NCBI GenBank assembly: GCA_965208105.1
Contig: OZ242318.1
Coordinates: forward strand, 64,001-128,000
DNA length: 64,000 bases
Direction: 5' to 3'
Source: Candidatus Latescibacterota bacterium
GTDB lineage: Bacteria; Latescibacterota; UBA2968; UBA8231
Shown: positions 52,751 to 62,393 of the stretch, piece by piece
How the letters are laid out: every line of letters begins with the position of its first letter
Position numbering within the stretch: position 1 is the first letter of the stretch
Position numbers and translations under genes: made by a program
The notes under the pieces: generated by a model
Seen by the model: only the letters and a program-made list of their open reading frames with translations
What the model was told of the DNA's origin: nothing
The model's database searches: none

Positions 52751-53686
52751 CTACTGCAGTTGGGTGCGCCAGAACTCGAGAGCGCGGTCGAAGGTCGCGG
52801 CGGGAAGGGGGGGACCCTCCGCTGCGGAGAGGACCTCGTCCACCTGCTCTGCCGTACTCATGCCGGTAATGAGGCACGCGACGGCAGGGGAGGCCAGCAG
52901 GGCGCGCAGGGCGAAACCGGTCAGGGAGGTTCCGATCTCGTCGGCAAAGAATTCCTCGATTCTCCTGCGCTTTTCGTACTCGCCGCGGTAGAACTCGTTG
53001 TTGCGCCGGTCCCCGCTTTCCAGGGAGGGGAAGCTCCTGTGCCTGTCCGTCAGGATTCCGCCGTGAAGGGGACTGAATCCGAGGAAGGCCATATTGCGCT
53101 TCTCCAATTGCGGACAGTGGGAGGCGTAGTCCAGGCGGGCGAGGCTGCAAGGACCAATCAGGCCCGAGAAACGGCCGGTGGCGATGGCCGCGGATTTGCA
53201 CGAGGCGGGTGGAAAGGTCATCAGGCAGCCTGCCTTGCCCTCGGCGCGAAGCTGCTCGAAGGTGTCCACGACATCGTCGATGATCCGCCGCATGAGGGAC
53301 AGGGGATCTTCCCCGCTGCCCGGAGCGATGCGCCACATATACTGCAGAATGTGAATGCAGTCGGTCCGCAGCGCCCGCAGGTGGTCTTCGACGCGGCGGC
53401 GGAATTTCGACGCGGAGAAGAGGTTGTCGTCGTCGTGGTTGGGCACGTCCATCTTGATGATGTGCACCAGCTCCCTGCGCTGGGGCCACTCATCCAGCAC
53501 GCTGGCAAGCACGGGCCAGGTTCCATATTCAACGCAGGAGTGAATACAGGTCACCCCGCTCTCCAGGGCGCGCCTGAGGGCCCGTGCCTTCAGGGACGGG
53601 TCCTTGCGGGCATCGCTGCCGTACATCATCCCGAAGGAGATTGCCGAAACGTCGAGGTCGCTGCCCGGTATGCGGCGGTATTCCAT
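52751..53686 (-). CDS. Aldo/keto reductase family protein
   Basis: MEYRRIPGSDLDVSAISFG, LRALRTDCI, FSPLHGGILT. Confidence 0.85.
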   Translation of the reverse strand: MEYRRIPGSDLDVSAISFGMMYGSDARKDPSLKARALRRALESGVTCIHSCVEYGTWPVLASVLDEWPQRRELVHIIKMDVPNHDDDNLFSASKFRRRVEDHLRALRTDCIHILQYMWRIAPGSGEDPLSLMRRIIDDVVDTFEQLRAEGKAGCLMTFPPASCKSAAIATGRFSGLIGPCSLARLDYASHCPQLEKRNMAFLGFSPLHGGILTDRHRSFPSLESGDRRNNEFYRGEYEKRRRIEEFFADEIGTSLTGFALRALLASPAVACLITGMSTAEQVDEVLSAAEGPPLPAATFDRALEFWRTQLQ

Positions 53687-53702
53687 GCGAGGCTCTCCAG
53701 GT

Positions 53703-54578
53703 CTATGCGGGAAAGAAAGGTTGGCTCCAGCCCCGCTTGACGCCGCAGCCGGCCTCGACGCGGAAGTAGGCCAGGGCGGGCTGAGTGCGCCATTCCATGA
53801 CATTGTCTTCCACCTGGTGCAGCAGGCGCCCGTGGGGACCTATGACGCGGAGCTTATCGACTCGGGAATGGGCGAGAACGCGAAGTGTGTCTCCGTCGAG
53901 TACGATTTCCTCGAAACCCGGGGAGGTGGTGGCAAAGAAAGCGCCCGCCTTGAGCTGTTGGACGATCAGTTGCCAGGACAGGACCTCCTCCTCCTCAGAC
54001 ACCTGCACGCAGACCCAGCCGTGGCCGGGGGTGATGAAAGCGAAGTGGAAATCATCGGTGGCGATCCCCCAGATGCGGACACCGGCGGTCAGGATTTCGT
54101 CCCAAAGCGCGATATTGGCCGCCTCGTCGCATCCCCGCATCTCGCGCAGGCCGTTGAAGATCTCGATTGCATGCAGCTCGCCTGCAGCAGTGCGCACATT
54201 GGCGGGCCCGTTTGCGTACTGCTGCGGATGGCATGCGGCGACAAATCCTCCGTTCTTCCGCAGTGCCCTGGCGCGGCCCGCGAATGAATCCATGGGAGTC
54301 GGAGCTACCTTGTGCACGCCGATTTCGAGGATGTGGTCCGTTTCCCCGTTCTCCTCGCCGGGAACGAGAATCAGCCCGGCTTGTTCCTGCCAGGTCCGCC
54401 ACTGCTTCTCATCAGGAGCCATGTTGTGGTCCGTAACCGCCAGGAAGTCGTACCCGAAGCGGGAGAAAATTGGACCGCTCTCCGCAACGTCCATGAATCC
54501 ACTGCAGCAGGTATGGGCATGGAGGTTGCCGCGCAGCCAGCGCCTGGATGAAGAGTAGGGACTGAGGTACTCGCTCAT
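53703..54578 (-). CDS. PHP-domain metallohydrolase (CehA/McbA-like)
   Basis: GNLHAHT, AVTDHN, ATDDFH. Confidence 0.85.
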   Translation of the reverse strand: MSEYLSPYSSSRRWLRGNLHAHTCCSGFMDVAESGPIFSRFGYDFLAVTDHNMAPDEKQWRTWQEQAGLILVPGEENGETDHILEIGVHKVAPTPMDSFAGRARALRKNGGFVAACHPQQYANGPANVRTAAGELHAIEIFNGLREMRGCDEAANIALWDEILTAGVRIWGIATDDFHFAFITPGHGWVCVQVSEEEEVLSWQLIVQQLKAGAFFATTSPGFEEIVLDGDTLRVLAHSRVDKLRVIGPHGRLLHQVEDNVMEWRTQPALAYFRVEAGCGVKRGWSQPFFPA

Positions 54579-54705
54579 TGCGGGTAGATTCGCCGTGGTG
54601 GAGATGGCCTCGAGGGCTGCAGGTGGAAAGGGATTGCCGATGGCAGTTCCGGTTCAGGGGAGAACCGGCTGCGGTCATCGACCCTGTGGGCAGGGGAGGG
54701 CAGAA

Positions 54706-55500
54706 TCAGTATCCCGCCAGCAGGCCGCGGAGGTATCTGGCGGCCTTGCGCACCTGCTCGACCCGGTCTTCAGCTTCGCCTTCGTAGACGATGGAAATGC
54801 ACCCGTTGTAGTCGATCTTCTTCAGAATGGGCACGATGCGGTCGTAGTCCAGCCACTCCTCCGTGCCACTTTCAATTCTGTAGAACTTTGCCCGGACGTA
54901 CATCGAGTAGGGGGCGACCTGCTCCATGAAATGGTAAAAATCGACCTCGGACTGTCCTTCAACCTCCCTGTACGAGCCGGGGGACCCTATCCATTGCCCG
55001 GTGTCCATGATGAAGTTGAAGTTTTCCCTGTTTGTCTCCCGCCGGATGCGCAGCATTTCGTCGCCCGTGGAAGGATGGTTCTGGAGTCCAACGGCGATTC
55101 CTTTGGCCGCGGCGCAATCTGCAACCTCCTGATAGCAGGCGATCATGGGAGGCCAGGGATCGTCGCCATCGCCGTTTTTGGCGGGAATAATCCCACAGAA
55201 CACGCGGATGATGGGCGATCCAATAAATGCGGCGATTTCCACCGCGTCTTTGCACAGGTCGACGCAATCCTGCCGCTCCTCCGCGGTCCCGGTAAATCCG
55301 ACGCTGCAGCCGATGTAGCCCACCGGCAGCCCGCGGGAAAGGCACATGTACTTGATATTGCTGAGGTATTGGGGATCCTTCGAGGTGAATCCGCGGTAGT
55401 GAAAGTCGACGCAGTCCAGCCTCAACGACGCCGCGGTCTGAATGAAGTCCTCGATACTTGTATTCTTGAGACTGAGGAGATTGGAGCCGATCTTTATCAT
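54706..55500 (-). CDS. Sugar phosphate isomerase/epimerase (xylose isomerase-like TIM barrel)
   Basis: IRVFCG, GLQNH, MDTGQW, YNGCISIVYEG. Confidence 0.85.
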   Translation of the reverse strand: MIKIGSNLLSLKNTSIEDFIQTAASLRLDCVDFHYRGFTSKDPQYLSNIKYMCLSRGLPVGYIGCSVGFTGTAEERQDCVDLCKDAVEIAAFIGSPIIRVFCGIIPAKNGDGDDPWPPMIACYQEVADCAAAKGIAVGLQNHPSTGDEMLRIRRETNRENFNFIMDTGQWIGSPGSYREVEGQSEVDFYHFMEQVAPYSMYVRAKFYRIESGTEEWLDYDRIVPILKKIDYNGCISIVYEGEAEDRVEQVRKAARYLRGLLAGY

Positions 55501-55575
55501 TGCTTCCGTTCCTTGGAGTTGTACAGGTGAATGACCCTGAGGTATCCGCAGCCGATGAAGCCGGCCTTGACGAGT

Positions 55576-56535
55576 CTATCGGTCAGATTGTCTTCCCTCC
55601 TCCGCTCTCACCCGGTCCTGCTGGTTCTGGCCGCCGTAGTTGAATCCCCGCACGTTGTCGCTGCAGTGGACCCCGCGAAATAATGACTGCCGCTTTGGCG
55701 CCATTTTCTCTACCAGCTCCCGGGGGGGTTGCCAGTTGCTCCAGCGCGAACCAACGCTGTTGTAGAGATTGAAAATCGCCACCCTGCCGTTCTCCTCGTT
55801 GGTCCAAGGGGAGGTGCTGTGAGCCAGCGCTTCGGTGAAAAACAGAACCGACCCGGCGGGGCATTCGTAGGTGTCCCACACTTCGGAGTGGGGATCCCAG
55901 ATCGCCTCCGGAGCAGTGTAGGCGGCCTTGTGGCTTCCAGTGGCAAGCAGGGTTCCCCCCTGACCCTTCTTTACCGGCGCCAGTTCCCATACCACCCGGG
56001 TCAGGCCGCTGAATGCCTTGCCCGGTATGCACTGGTAGTGGTGGGAGTCCACCGCAAAGCGGAAAAACCCGCTGCCGTTGTGCGGCTTGAAGGTGCCTTC
56101 CCTGCCGGGCGTGGCATCGGGGTCGCGGAGACCGCTGCCCTCCATGCGGAACCCGTAGCAGGAGGGACTGGAAAGGTGGGGGTGGGCTAAAAATTCGTTG
56201 AGGAAGCCTATGACCACCGGGTGGTCGATGAGCTTTTCCAGCGGCCCGGCCACGTAGCAGCGATCGGACTCGGGAAGGGACTCCGGCTGTCGTCGCACCC
56301 GGAGGGCGAAATCGCGCATTACCCCGACTTCGGCCTGGTCCAGGAGACCGGGTACCAGGAGCCAGCCCCGGGTGTCGAAGAGGTACTTCTGCTCCTGGGT
56401 CGGCTCCACCACCGGGTCCCCGTCGGCATTGGTCTCGGGCAGATCGCCGGGCTCCAGGACCAGCTTCCTGCCCAGATTCTTGTCGACCACGAAGGTGTCG
56501 TTATTCGCTGTTACAACTGATGAAGGGGCGTCCAT
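55576..56535 (-). CDS. Phytanoyl-CoA dioxygenase (PhyH)-family Fe/2OG enzyme
   Basis: QKYLFDTRGWL, GGTL..GSHK, PAGSVLFFTEALAHST...R. Confidence 0.82.
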   Translation of the reverse strand: MDAPSSVVTANNDTFVVDKNLGRKLVLEPGDLPETNADGDPVVEPTQEQKYLFDTRGWLLVPGLLDQAEVGVMRDFALRVRRQPESLPESDRCYVAGPLEKLIDHPVVIGFLNEFLAHPHLSSPSCYGFRMEGSGLRDPDATPGREGTFKPHNGSGFFRFAVDSHHYQCIPGKAFSGLTRVVWELAPVKKGQGGTLLATGSHKAAYTAPEAIWDPHSEVWDTYECPAGSVLFFTEALAHSTSPWTNEENGRVAIFNLYNSVGSRWSNWQPPRELVEKMAPKRQSLFRGVHCSDNVRGFNYGGQNQQDRVRAEEGRQSDR

Positions 56536-56681
56536 CCTTGCTCCTGTGCCAAGGCGGCTCCAAACGGGATGAGATTGCTGAATCGACCAGGGAGAACAAT
56601 CAGGCCATTCTATGAAATTATCGCAAGGGCATCAAGGGAGGTCCCCGGAGATGGTTCGAGCATGCCGAGTCCGCCTCCCGG

Positions 56682-57416
56682 CTACTTCCCTGGAGGGCCT
56701 GGCGGAAGTTCGATCTCCAGCTCCCTGAGCTGTTTCTCGACCTGCCGCGCCCAGCCTCGATTGGCTGCGGGGTTGGCGGGGCTGGGATGGAGGATACCGC
56801 CTACCTTGAAGCGGTCCTCGAGGAGGGCTCCAGCGCGCAGCTGGGAAAATTTACCGATTCCCAGTACCTGCTCCGGAGCCATGAAGTCCACCAGACGCAT
56901 CAGGGCGCGGTCGCAGACCTCGTAAAGCGGGCCGCGTTCACCGGTGGGCAGCTTGTCCGGGGTGCGGTTGCGGCCGGATTCCTCCAGGAAGGCAAGCGGG
57001 CAGTAGTTCCACACGAAGAACCGCTCGAAGAAGACCTGCGGCGATTTGAAGCGGTCCCGGGCCCATCCCCACAGGCGCCGTCCGCTGACCTCGCTGCGGG
57101 CGCAGTCGAACCCGTCGATGGGACGCTTGGGATGCTCGATTCCGGGCTTTTCGACCCTGGCGGAAATACCCAGCCAGTCGCGGACCATGGACACCTCGCC
57201 GAAGGGCACCCCCGTCTGAACCATGCCCCAGGGACCGGGATTCATCCCCACCAAAAGCACCTGCGCACCTTTGCGGCAATATCGTTCCAGGTATTGGCGG
57301 TGGGCGGCGCCGGCGTAGTGCAGGGGGTTGTAGACGAAGGCGACCGGGGGAGCGAAGCGGAGGCGGCCGCAAGACTGCGCCAGTGTGCGGGCGATGGTCA
57401 GGGGAAGATTGGACAT
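56682..57416 (-). CDS. SMUG1-family single-strand-selective uracil-DNA glycosylase
   Basis: VYNPL.YA, GMNPGPWGMVQTGVPFG, SEVSGRRLW, NYCPL, HPSPANP. Confidence 0.93.
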   Translation of the reverse strand: MSNLPLTIARTLAQSCGRLRFAPPVAFVYNPLHYAGAAHRQYLERYCRKGAQVLLVGMNPGPWGMVQTGVPFGEVSMVRDWLGISARVEKPGIEHPKRPIDGFDCARSEVSGRRLWGWARDRFKSPQVFFERFFVWNYCPLAFLEESGRNRTPDKLPTGERGPLYEVCDRALMRLVDFMAPEQVLGIGKFSQLRAGALLEDRFKVGGILHPSPANPAANRGWARQVEKQLRELEIELPPGPPGK

Positions 57417-57505
57417 GTGGCTGATTCCCGGTTGTAAAAAAAGCCTGGTATGGTAAATTAGTGCAATGCCCGGAAAAAGGAATGTCGCGATGGAGAGAGG
57501 GTGCA

Positions 57506-57982
57506 ATGGCAGTCAAATACTGGCTCGTGAAATGTGAACCCAGGGAGTGCTCCTTCACCGACCTGAAGAAGCGGCCGGGGAGGAAGGGATACTGGCGCGG
57601 TGTTCGCAACTACCAGGCAAGAAATTTCATCCGGGACCAAATGGCCAGGGGGGATCTCGCCTTCTTCTACCATTCCAGCTGCGAGGAACCCGGAATCGCC
57701 GGGATCGTCGAGATCGTCCGCGCAGGCTATCCGGACCCAAGCCAGTTCGACGAGGAGGACCGCTACTACGATGAGAACTCCCCATCGGACGATCCCCGCT
57801 GGTACTCCTTCGACGTAAAATGGAAGCGGGAGATGATAAACTATCTCCACCTCCAGGACCTCAAGGCCAACCGGAAGCTAACCGCCATGAAGGTCGTGCA
57901 GCGCGGGCAAAGGCTCTCCATTCAGCCGGTGACCGCGGGTGAATGGAAAGCGGTGTGCAGGATGGGCGGCTTGCCGGCCTGA
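57506..57982 (+). CDS. EVE domain-containing protein
   Basis: YWLVKCEP, WRGVRNYQARN, FFYHS, RLSIQPVT..EW. Confidence 0.93.
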   Translation: MAVKYWLVKCEPRECSFTDLKKRPGRKGYWRGVRNYQARNFIRDQMARGDLAFFYHSSCEEPGIAGIVEIVRAGYPDPSQFDEEDRYYDENSPSDDPRWYSFDVKWKREMINYLHLQDLKANRKLTAMKVVQRGQRLSIQPVTAGEWKAVCRMGGLPA

Positions 57983-58232
57983 TCCCCTCCCCGGCAACCC
58001 CGCCGGAAAATACACGCCACAGCGAAATCCCCCGGATGCAAGGGCTCCCCTGGTTTGCCCAGTGAGTTCCCCCACCAGAATCCCCTCTCCCACCCTGGCT
58101 GCCGTCGCCCAGGCGGCGCTCCTGTCAGGCCCCTTCGAGGAGATGAGGCCTCTGCTTCCAGACTGTTTCCGCAAGGTTCGATAGTCATGTCCATTCCGGA
58201 AAGGAAGATTCCCTCATGAGACGGGGTAGACC

Positions 58233-59162
58233 GTGATAGATGGCAGCAGGGTAACCGAACGGCTGGGGAGGCTGGTTGATTCCGGCAGGTTTCAACACGG
58301 GATCCTCGCGGTAATCGTGCTGGCGGCGGTCCTGGTGGGGCTGGAAACCTCGCGGGGCCTGGTGCAGCGCCACGGGAATCTGCTGCACGCCCTTGACCTG
58401 GCGGTCCTGGTGATTTTCTCCGTCGAGGTGGCGCTCAAGATCGGGCGCCACGGCCGTCATTGGTACCGCTATTTCAGCGATGCCTGGAACGTCTTCGACT
58501 TTCTCATCGTGGCCGTCTGCCTTCTCCCCGTGGGAGGCCAGTACGCGGCGGTGCTCAGGCTGGCGAGGATCCTGCGCGCCCTGCGGCTGGTGACGGCGGT
58601 CCCGAAGCTGCAGCTGCTGGTCGGTTCCCTCCTCAAGTCGATCCCTTCCCTGGGTTACGTCGGACTGCTGCTGGGCGTGCTGTTCTACGTCTACGCGGTA
58701 CTGGGCGTTTTCATGTTTCGCGGCAACGATCCGGTCCATTTCCAGGATCTGTCCACCGCCCTGCTGACCCTTTTCCGGGTCGTCACCCTGGAGGACTGGA
58801 CCGACGTGATGTACATCCAGGTGTACGGCAGCGATGCCTACCCCAACTACGCTGAATTCGCCCAGGCCCATCTGCGCGAAGCTTCCAGGAGCATGCCGGT
58901 GCTCGGGGCGCTGTTCTTCGTTTCCTTCGTATTGCTGGGAACGATGATAATGCTGAACCTTTTCATCGGGGTGATCATCAACTCCATGGCCGAGGCGGAG
59001 GCCGAAAAGGAGGCGGAGGAGCGCCGCCGGCACATGGAGCGCGACGGCGAGATCAGCATCGGAGACGAAATCCGCCTGATCGAAACAGAGATGGAGAGGC
59101 TGTCGCGGCGTCTGGGGGAGTTGAGACGGAGGACCCGCGGAGACGGCCGATTGGAAGGCTGA
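58233..59162 (+). CDS. Prokaryotic voltage-gated cation channel (BacNav/AnclNav-like)
   Basis: WNVFDF, S4 helix LRLARILRALRL, selectivity filter TLEDWTD, S6 NLFIGVII, C-terminal coiled coil. Confidence 0.92.
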   Translation: MIDGSRVTERLGRLVDSGRFQHGILAVIVLAAVLVGLETSRGLVQRHGNLLHALDLAVLVIFSVEVALKIGRHGRHWYRYFSDAWNVFDFLIVAVCLLPVGGQYAAVLRLARILRALRLVTAVPKLQLLVGSLLKSIPSLGYVGLLLGVLFYVYAVLGVFMFRGNDPVHFQDLSTALLTLFRVVTLEDWTDVMYIQVYGSDAYPNYAEFAQAHLREASRSMPVLGALFFVSFVLLGTMIMLNLFIGVIINSMAEAEAEKEAEERRRHMERDGEISIGDEIRLIETEMERLSRRLGELRRRTRGDGRLEG

Positions 59163-59301
59163 GGGAACCTGCAGATAAACAGGTCCCGCATGCTCTATCG
59201 GCTGCCTGTGGCTGGTCTTGGATTGGCAGGGTCGGGATGGCGGCCAAGCGGCCCGGGCAGGACGATCGCATCCTGCCGGGCAGGGCTCTACAAGGGAGGG
59301 A

Positions 59302-59377
59302 TGGAGCCACCCGCCGGATTCGAACCGGCGACCTGCTCATTACGAGTGAGCTGCTCTACCAACTGAGCTAGGGTGGC
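59302..59377 (-). tRNA. tRNA-Thr(CGT)
   Basis: GCCACCCTAGCTCAGTTGGTAGAGC...CTCGTAA...GGTTCGAATCCGGCGGGTGGCTCCA; 76 nt. Confidence 0.97.
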
Positions 59378-59485
59378 TTAACTTTTTGTGTAACAGCTAG
59401 TTGAATTGAGACGGAAAGGTCAAAGATAGACCTGCGGCGGAAGGATGTCAAATCTGGCGGGGGCCACGGCACCGGGGCTACATGG

Positions 59486-60700
59486 CTACATAAAGCTGAA
59501 GAGTTTGGCGATCTTTTGACCCAGACTTTCGTTTTCCGGGACGAGGGATTGTATATGTCCCTCCTGGGCGTGTTCGTCCAGGGCGAACCGGAGCAGTCCG
59601 ATGGCGGTGGTGAAGCGGGGATTGTGAGCAGAGTTTGAAGCGATGATGTTCTGAGGAGCTCCGATGCGCACGGGCATTCCCAGGATTTCCTCGCCCAATT
59701 GAGCTATATTCCCCAGCAGGGCGCCGCCGCCGGTGAGGATGATCCCCGCGGCCAGCATCTGGCCATAGCGGTTTTGTTCCAGTTCCCCGCGGACGAATTC
59801 AAGGGTTTCCTGTTGCCGGGCCTCGATTATTTCGCTCAATTGTTGCCGCGTGAGCGTATAGACCCGCCCCGCGGTTGTGCGAAACGAGACTGCCTCCTCG
59901 GAGCGCTCGGGCTCGCAGCGGACGCAGCCGTAATCCCGTTTGAGCTGCTCGGCCTCACGCGGAGAGATATTGAGGACCACCGACAGGTCCTTGGTGATAT
60001 CGTCCCCTCCGAAAGGTATCTCCGCAGCATGGCGAAGTGGACCGCAGAAAATTGCCAGATCGGATGTCCCGGCTCCGATATCGAGGATGCCCACGCCCAT
60101 TTCGCGCTCATCGAGGGTGGCGATGGTGGAAGCCGAGGCCACGGTTTCCAGAATAAACCCTGCAATTTCAACACCGGCTTCTTCGGTCGCCCTGAGCAGG
60201 GTCGTGCGCACCTGACTCGAGGCTGTGATGCTCAGGGTTTCAATTTCCAGTTTGTTGCCGTGGAGCCAGAGGGGGTTCTGGACCATCTCCCCGTCGATAG
60301 CATAGCTTTGCACAAAGCGGTGGAGCACGGTTTGGGATCCGGAGGGGGCGCTTTGTTCCGCGGCGGTCAGCGCGCGCTGCACGTCGTCTTCGTCGATGGG
60401 GTTGGAGGTTCCCGAAATGGCTACGGCGCTGCGGCTGGTCCGGGTGGATACGTCTTCTCCCGCTATGCCAACGAAGGCCCCGGTAATTTTCAGGCCGGCC
60501 GAGCGTTCGGCTTTGCCCACCGCGCTCCGGATGGAATCGACAACCTTGGGCATGTCGATCACCGCGCTGCGGCGAAGTCCCGCGCAGGGACTGTTGCCAA
60601 TGCCCAGGACTTTGAGCCTTCCCTCGGCCTGCATCTCGCCCACGAGGCAGAGGACCTTGGAAGCACCAATATCGAGAACTACAACGGGAGAGCCAGCCAT
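59486..60700 (-). CDS. ftsA: Second, stand-alone FtsA paralog
   Basis: LDIGASKV, DIGAGTSD, GGDDITKDL, LTGGGALL, and a C-terminal amphipathic GQKIAKLFSFM. Confidence 0.9.
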   Translation of the reverse strand: MAGSPVVVLDIGASKVLCLVGEMQAEGRLKVLGIGNSPCAGLRRSAVIDMPKVVDSIRSAVGKAERSAGLKITGAFVGIAGEDVSTRTSRSAVAISGTSNPIDEDDVQRALTAAEQSAPSGSQTVLHRFVQSYAIDGEMVQNPLWLHGNKLEIETLSITASSQVRTTLLRATEEAGVEIAGFILETVASASTIATLDEREMGVGILDIGAGTSDLAIFCGPLRHAAEIPFGGDDITKDLSVVLNISPREAEQLKRDYGCVRCEPERSEEAVSFRTTAGRVYTLTRQQLSEIIEARQQETLEFVRGELEQNRYGQMLAAGIILTGGGALLGNIAQLGEEILGMPVRIGAPQNIIASNSAHNPRFTTAIGLLRFALDEHAQEGHIQSLVPENESLGQKIAKLFSFM

Positions 60701-61172
60701 AGTCGATTCTCCGGATGAGATGCAAGTGGCGAAGGCAAATTGGCCTTCGCCACTTGAGGGGCGATGAACCGCCCTGATTTTGCTGTTAGAAGGATGGATC
60801 GGGGGAGGGGATGAAAGAAATCGTCCGCAGCCTGAATGTGGCGTTGAGGACTACCGGACGAAATGGAAAATCTCTGATTTCCGCTGGTAATTCTGATTCA
60901 AGGTCTCCAGGAGGGCGGGGGAACCATCCTGCAGGCTTTTATTAGGATAAGGACGGGATCGCAGAAAGTCAAGGAGGTTTGGAATGGGGAAGCTGGATAT
61001 CGCCGGCATCCGGAAATTCGAGAACATGCAGTCCTTCGGGGTGGACAGAAGAGAGGTTTGCATTCAGCAACGGCGAGGCACCGCCCCCATTTGGATGACC
61101 GCGAACCCGGGCCGCGGCCGTTGACCTTCGTCCGCAGATAAATTTGCCCAACAATTTTCTGGAGCCTTCCAT

Positions 61173-62393
61173 TTGGACCGTGCAGATTTCATCGGGGACC
61201 TGATCGGTTTTCGCGAGTTTCGGAGGTCCACTCGTATAGAAAATTTTTCATCTCCGCCAGTGGAGCTTCCCGTATACGTCAACGAATTCTGGACCTCGAA
61301 GCAGAGGGCCGCGAGCTCTCTTCACGAGATCTCCTACCGAGCCTGCTTCAAACCTCAGTTGCCTCGCTTCTTCATCAGCCGCCTGACCGGGAAGGGCGGC
61401 GTTGTCTACGATCCATTCATGGGTCGGGGGACCACCCTTCTCGAGGCCGCCCTGTTGGGGCGATACGGGGTGGGCTGCGATATAAATCCCCTCAGCAGAG
61501 TCCTTCTCGCTCCCAGACTGTCGCCGCCCGACACGGCTGCAGTCGAGCACCGCCTGCAGGGCCTCGACCTTGATAGACCGGTCGAGGTTCCGGAGGAATT
61601 GCTCGTGTTCTATCACCCGGATACCTTGCATGAGCTCTGTTCCCTGCGCGCATATTTGCTTGAACGGGAATCCGCCGGCCATCTGGACGAAGTGGACGCA
61701 TGGATTCGGATGGTGGCGACGATTCGCCTGACCGGGCATTCATCCGGGTTCTTCTCGGTCTATACCCTCCCACCAAACCAGGCGGTCTCGGCGGATGCGC
61801 AGCGGAAGATCAACGAAAGGCTCTGCCAGATCCCTCCCCGTCGGGATGTAAAATGGATTATTCTCAGGAAGAGCCGCTCGCTGATGCGCAGTGTGTCCCG
61901 GGCCGAGGTTCGCACCCTGCGCGAGGCAGGCCCAGGATCGAAGATTATTATCGGTAGTTCCGACAACACTCCCGAGATCGACAGCTGCTCCGTGGATCTG
62001 GCGGTTACCTCGCCCCCTTTTTTCGATGTGGTGAATTACCGGAAAGACAACTGGCTGAGGTGTTGGTTCAACGGAACGGACTCGAAGCGGATTCCCATTT
62101 GGCAGATCAGGCGGCAGGAGGATTGGAGTGCGGCGATGGCGGCAGTCTTCTCTGAACTTCGCCGGGTGCTCAAGCCCGATGGATACGTCGCTTTTGAGGT
62201 TGGTGAGGTCCGCGGAGGACGCATCATGATGGAAGCCCTCGTGGCCCCGATCGCCGCCGAGGCCGGACTCGCCCCCTGTCTGGTCATGATAAACGACCAG
62301 GTATTCACCAAGACGGCAAACTGCTGGGGCATCGCCAACTCCAGCAAGGGGACCAACACCAACCGGATAATCCTGCTGCAAAAGCGAGGCTGA
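61173..62393 (+). CDS. Orphan amino (N4-C/N6-A) DNA methyltransferase
   Basis: Motif I DPFMGRGTT near the N-terminus and motif IV VTSPPF near the C-terminus. No restriction endonuclease adjacent. Confidence 0.82.
   Translation: MDRADFIGDLIGFREFRRSTRIENFSSPPVELPVYVNEFWTSKQRAASSLHEISYRACFKPQLPRFFISRLTGKGGVVYDPFMGRGTTLLEAALLGRYGVGCDINPLSRVLLAPRLSPPDTAAVEHRLQGLDLDRPVEVPEELLVFYHPDTLHELCSLRAYLLERESAGHLDEVDAWIRMVATIRLTGHSSGFFSVYTLPPNQAVSADAQRKINERLCQIPPRRDVKWIILRKSRSLMRSVSRAEVRTLREAGPGSKIIIGSSDNTPEIDSCSVDLAVTSPPFFDVVNYRKDNWLRCWFNGTDSKRIPIWQIRRQEDWSAAMAAVFSELRRVLKPDGYVAFEVGEVRGGRIMMEALVAPIAAEAGLAPCLVMINDQVFTKTANCWGIANSSKGTNTNRIILLQKRG

Noticed and set aside
60851-61063. 70-aa minus-strand ORF upstream of the second ftsA
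   Set aside because: No motif or convincing ribosome-binding site; it cannot be supported without homology or expression data.
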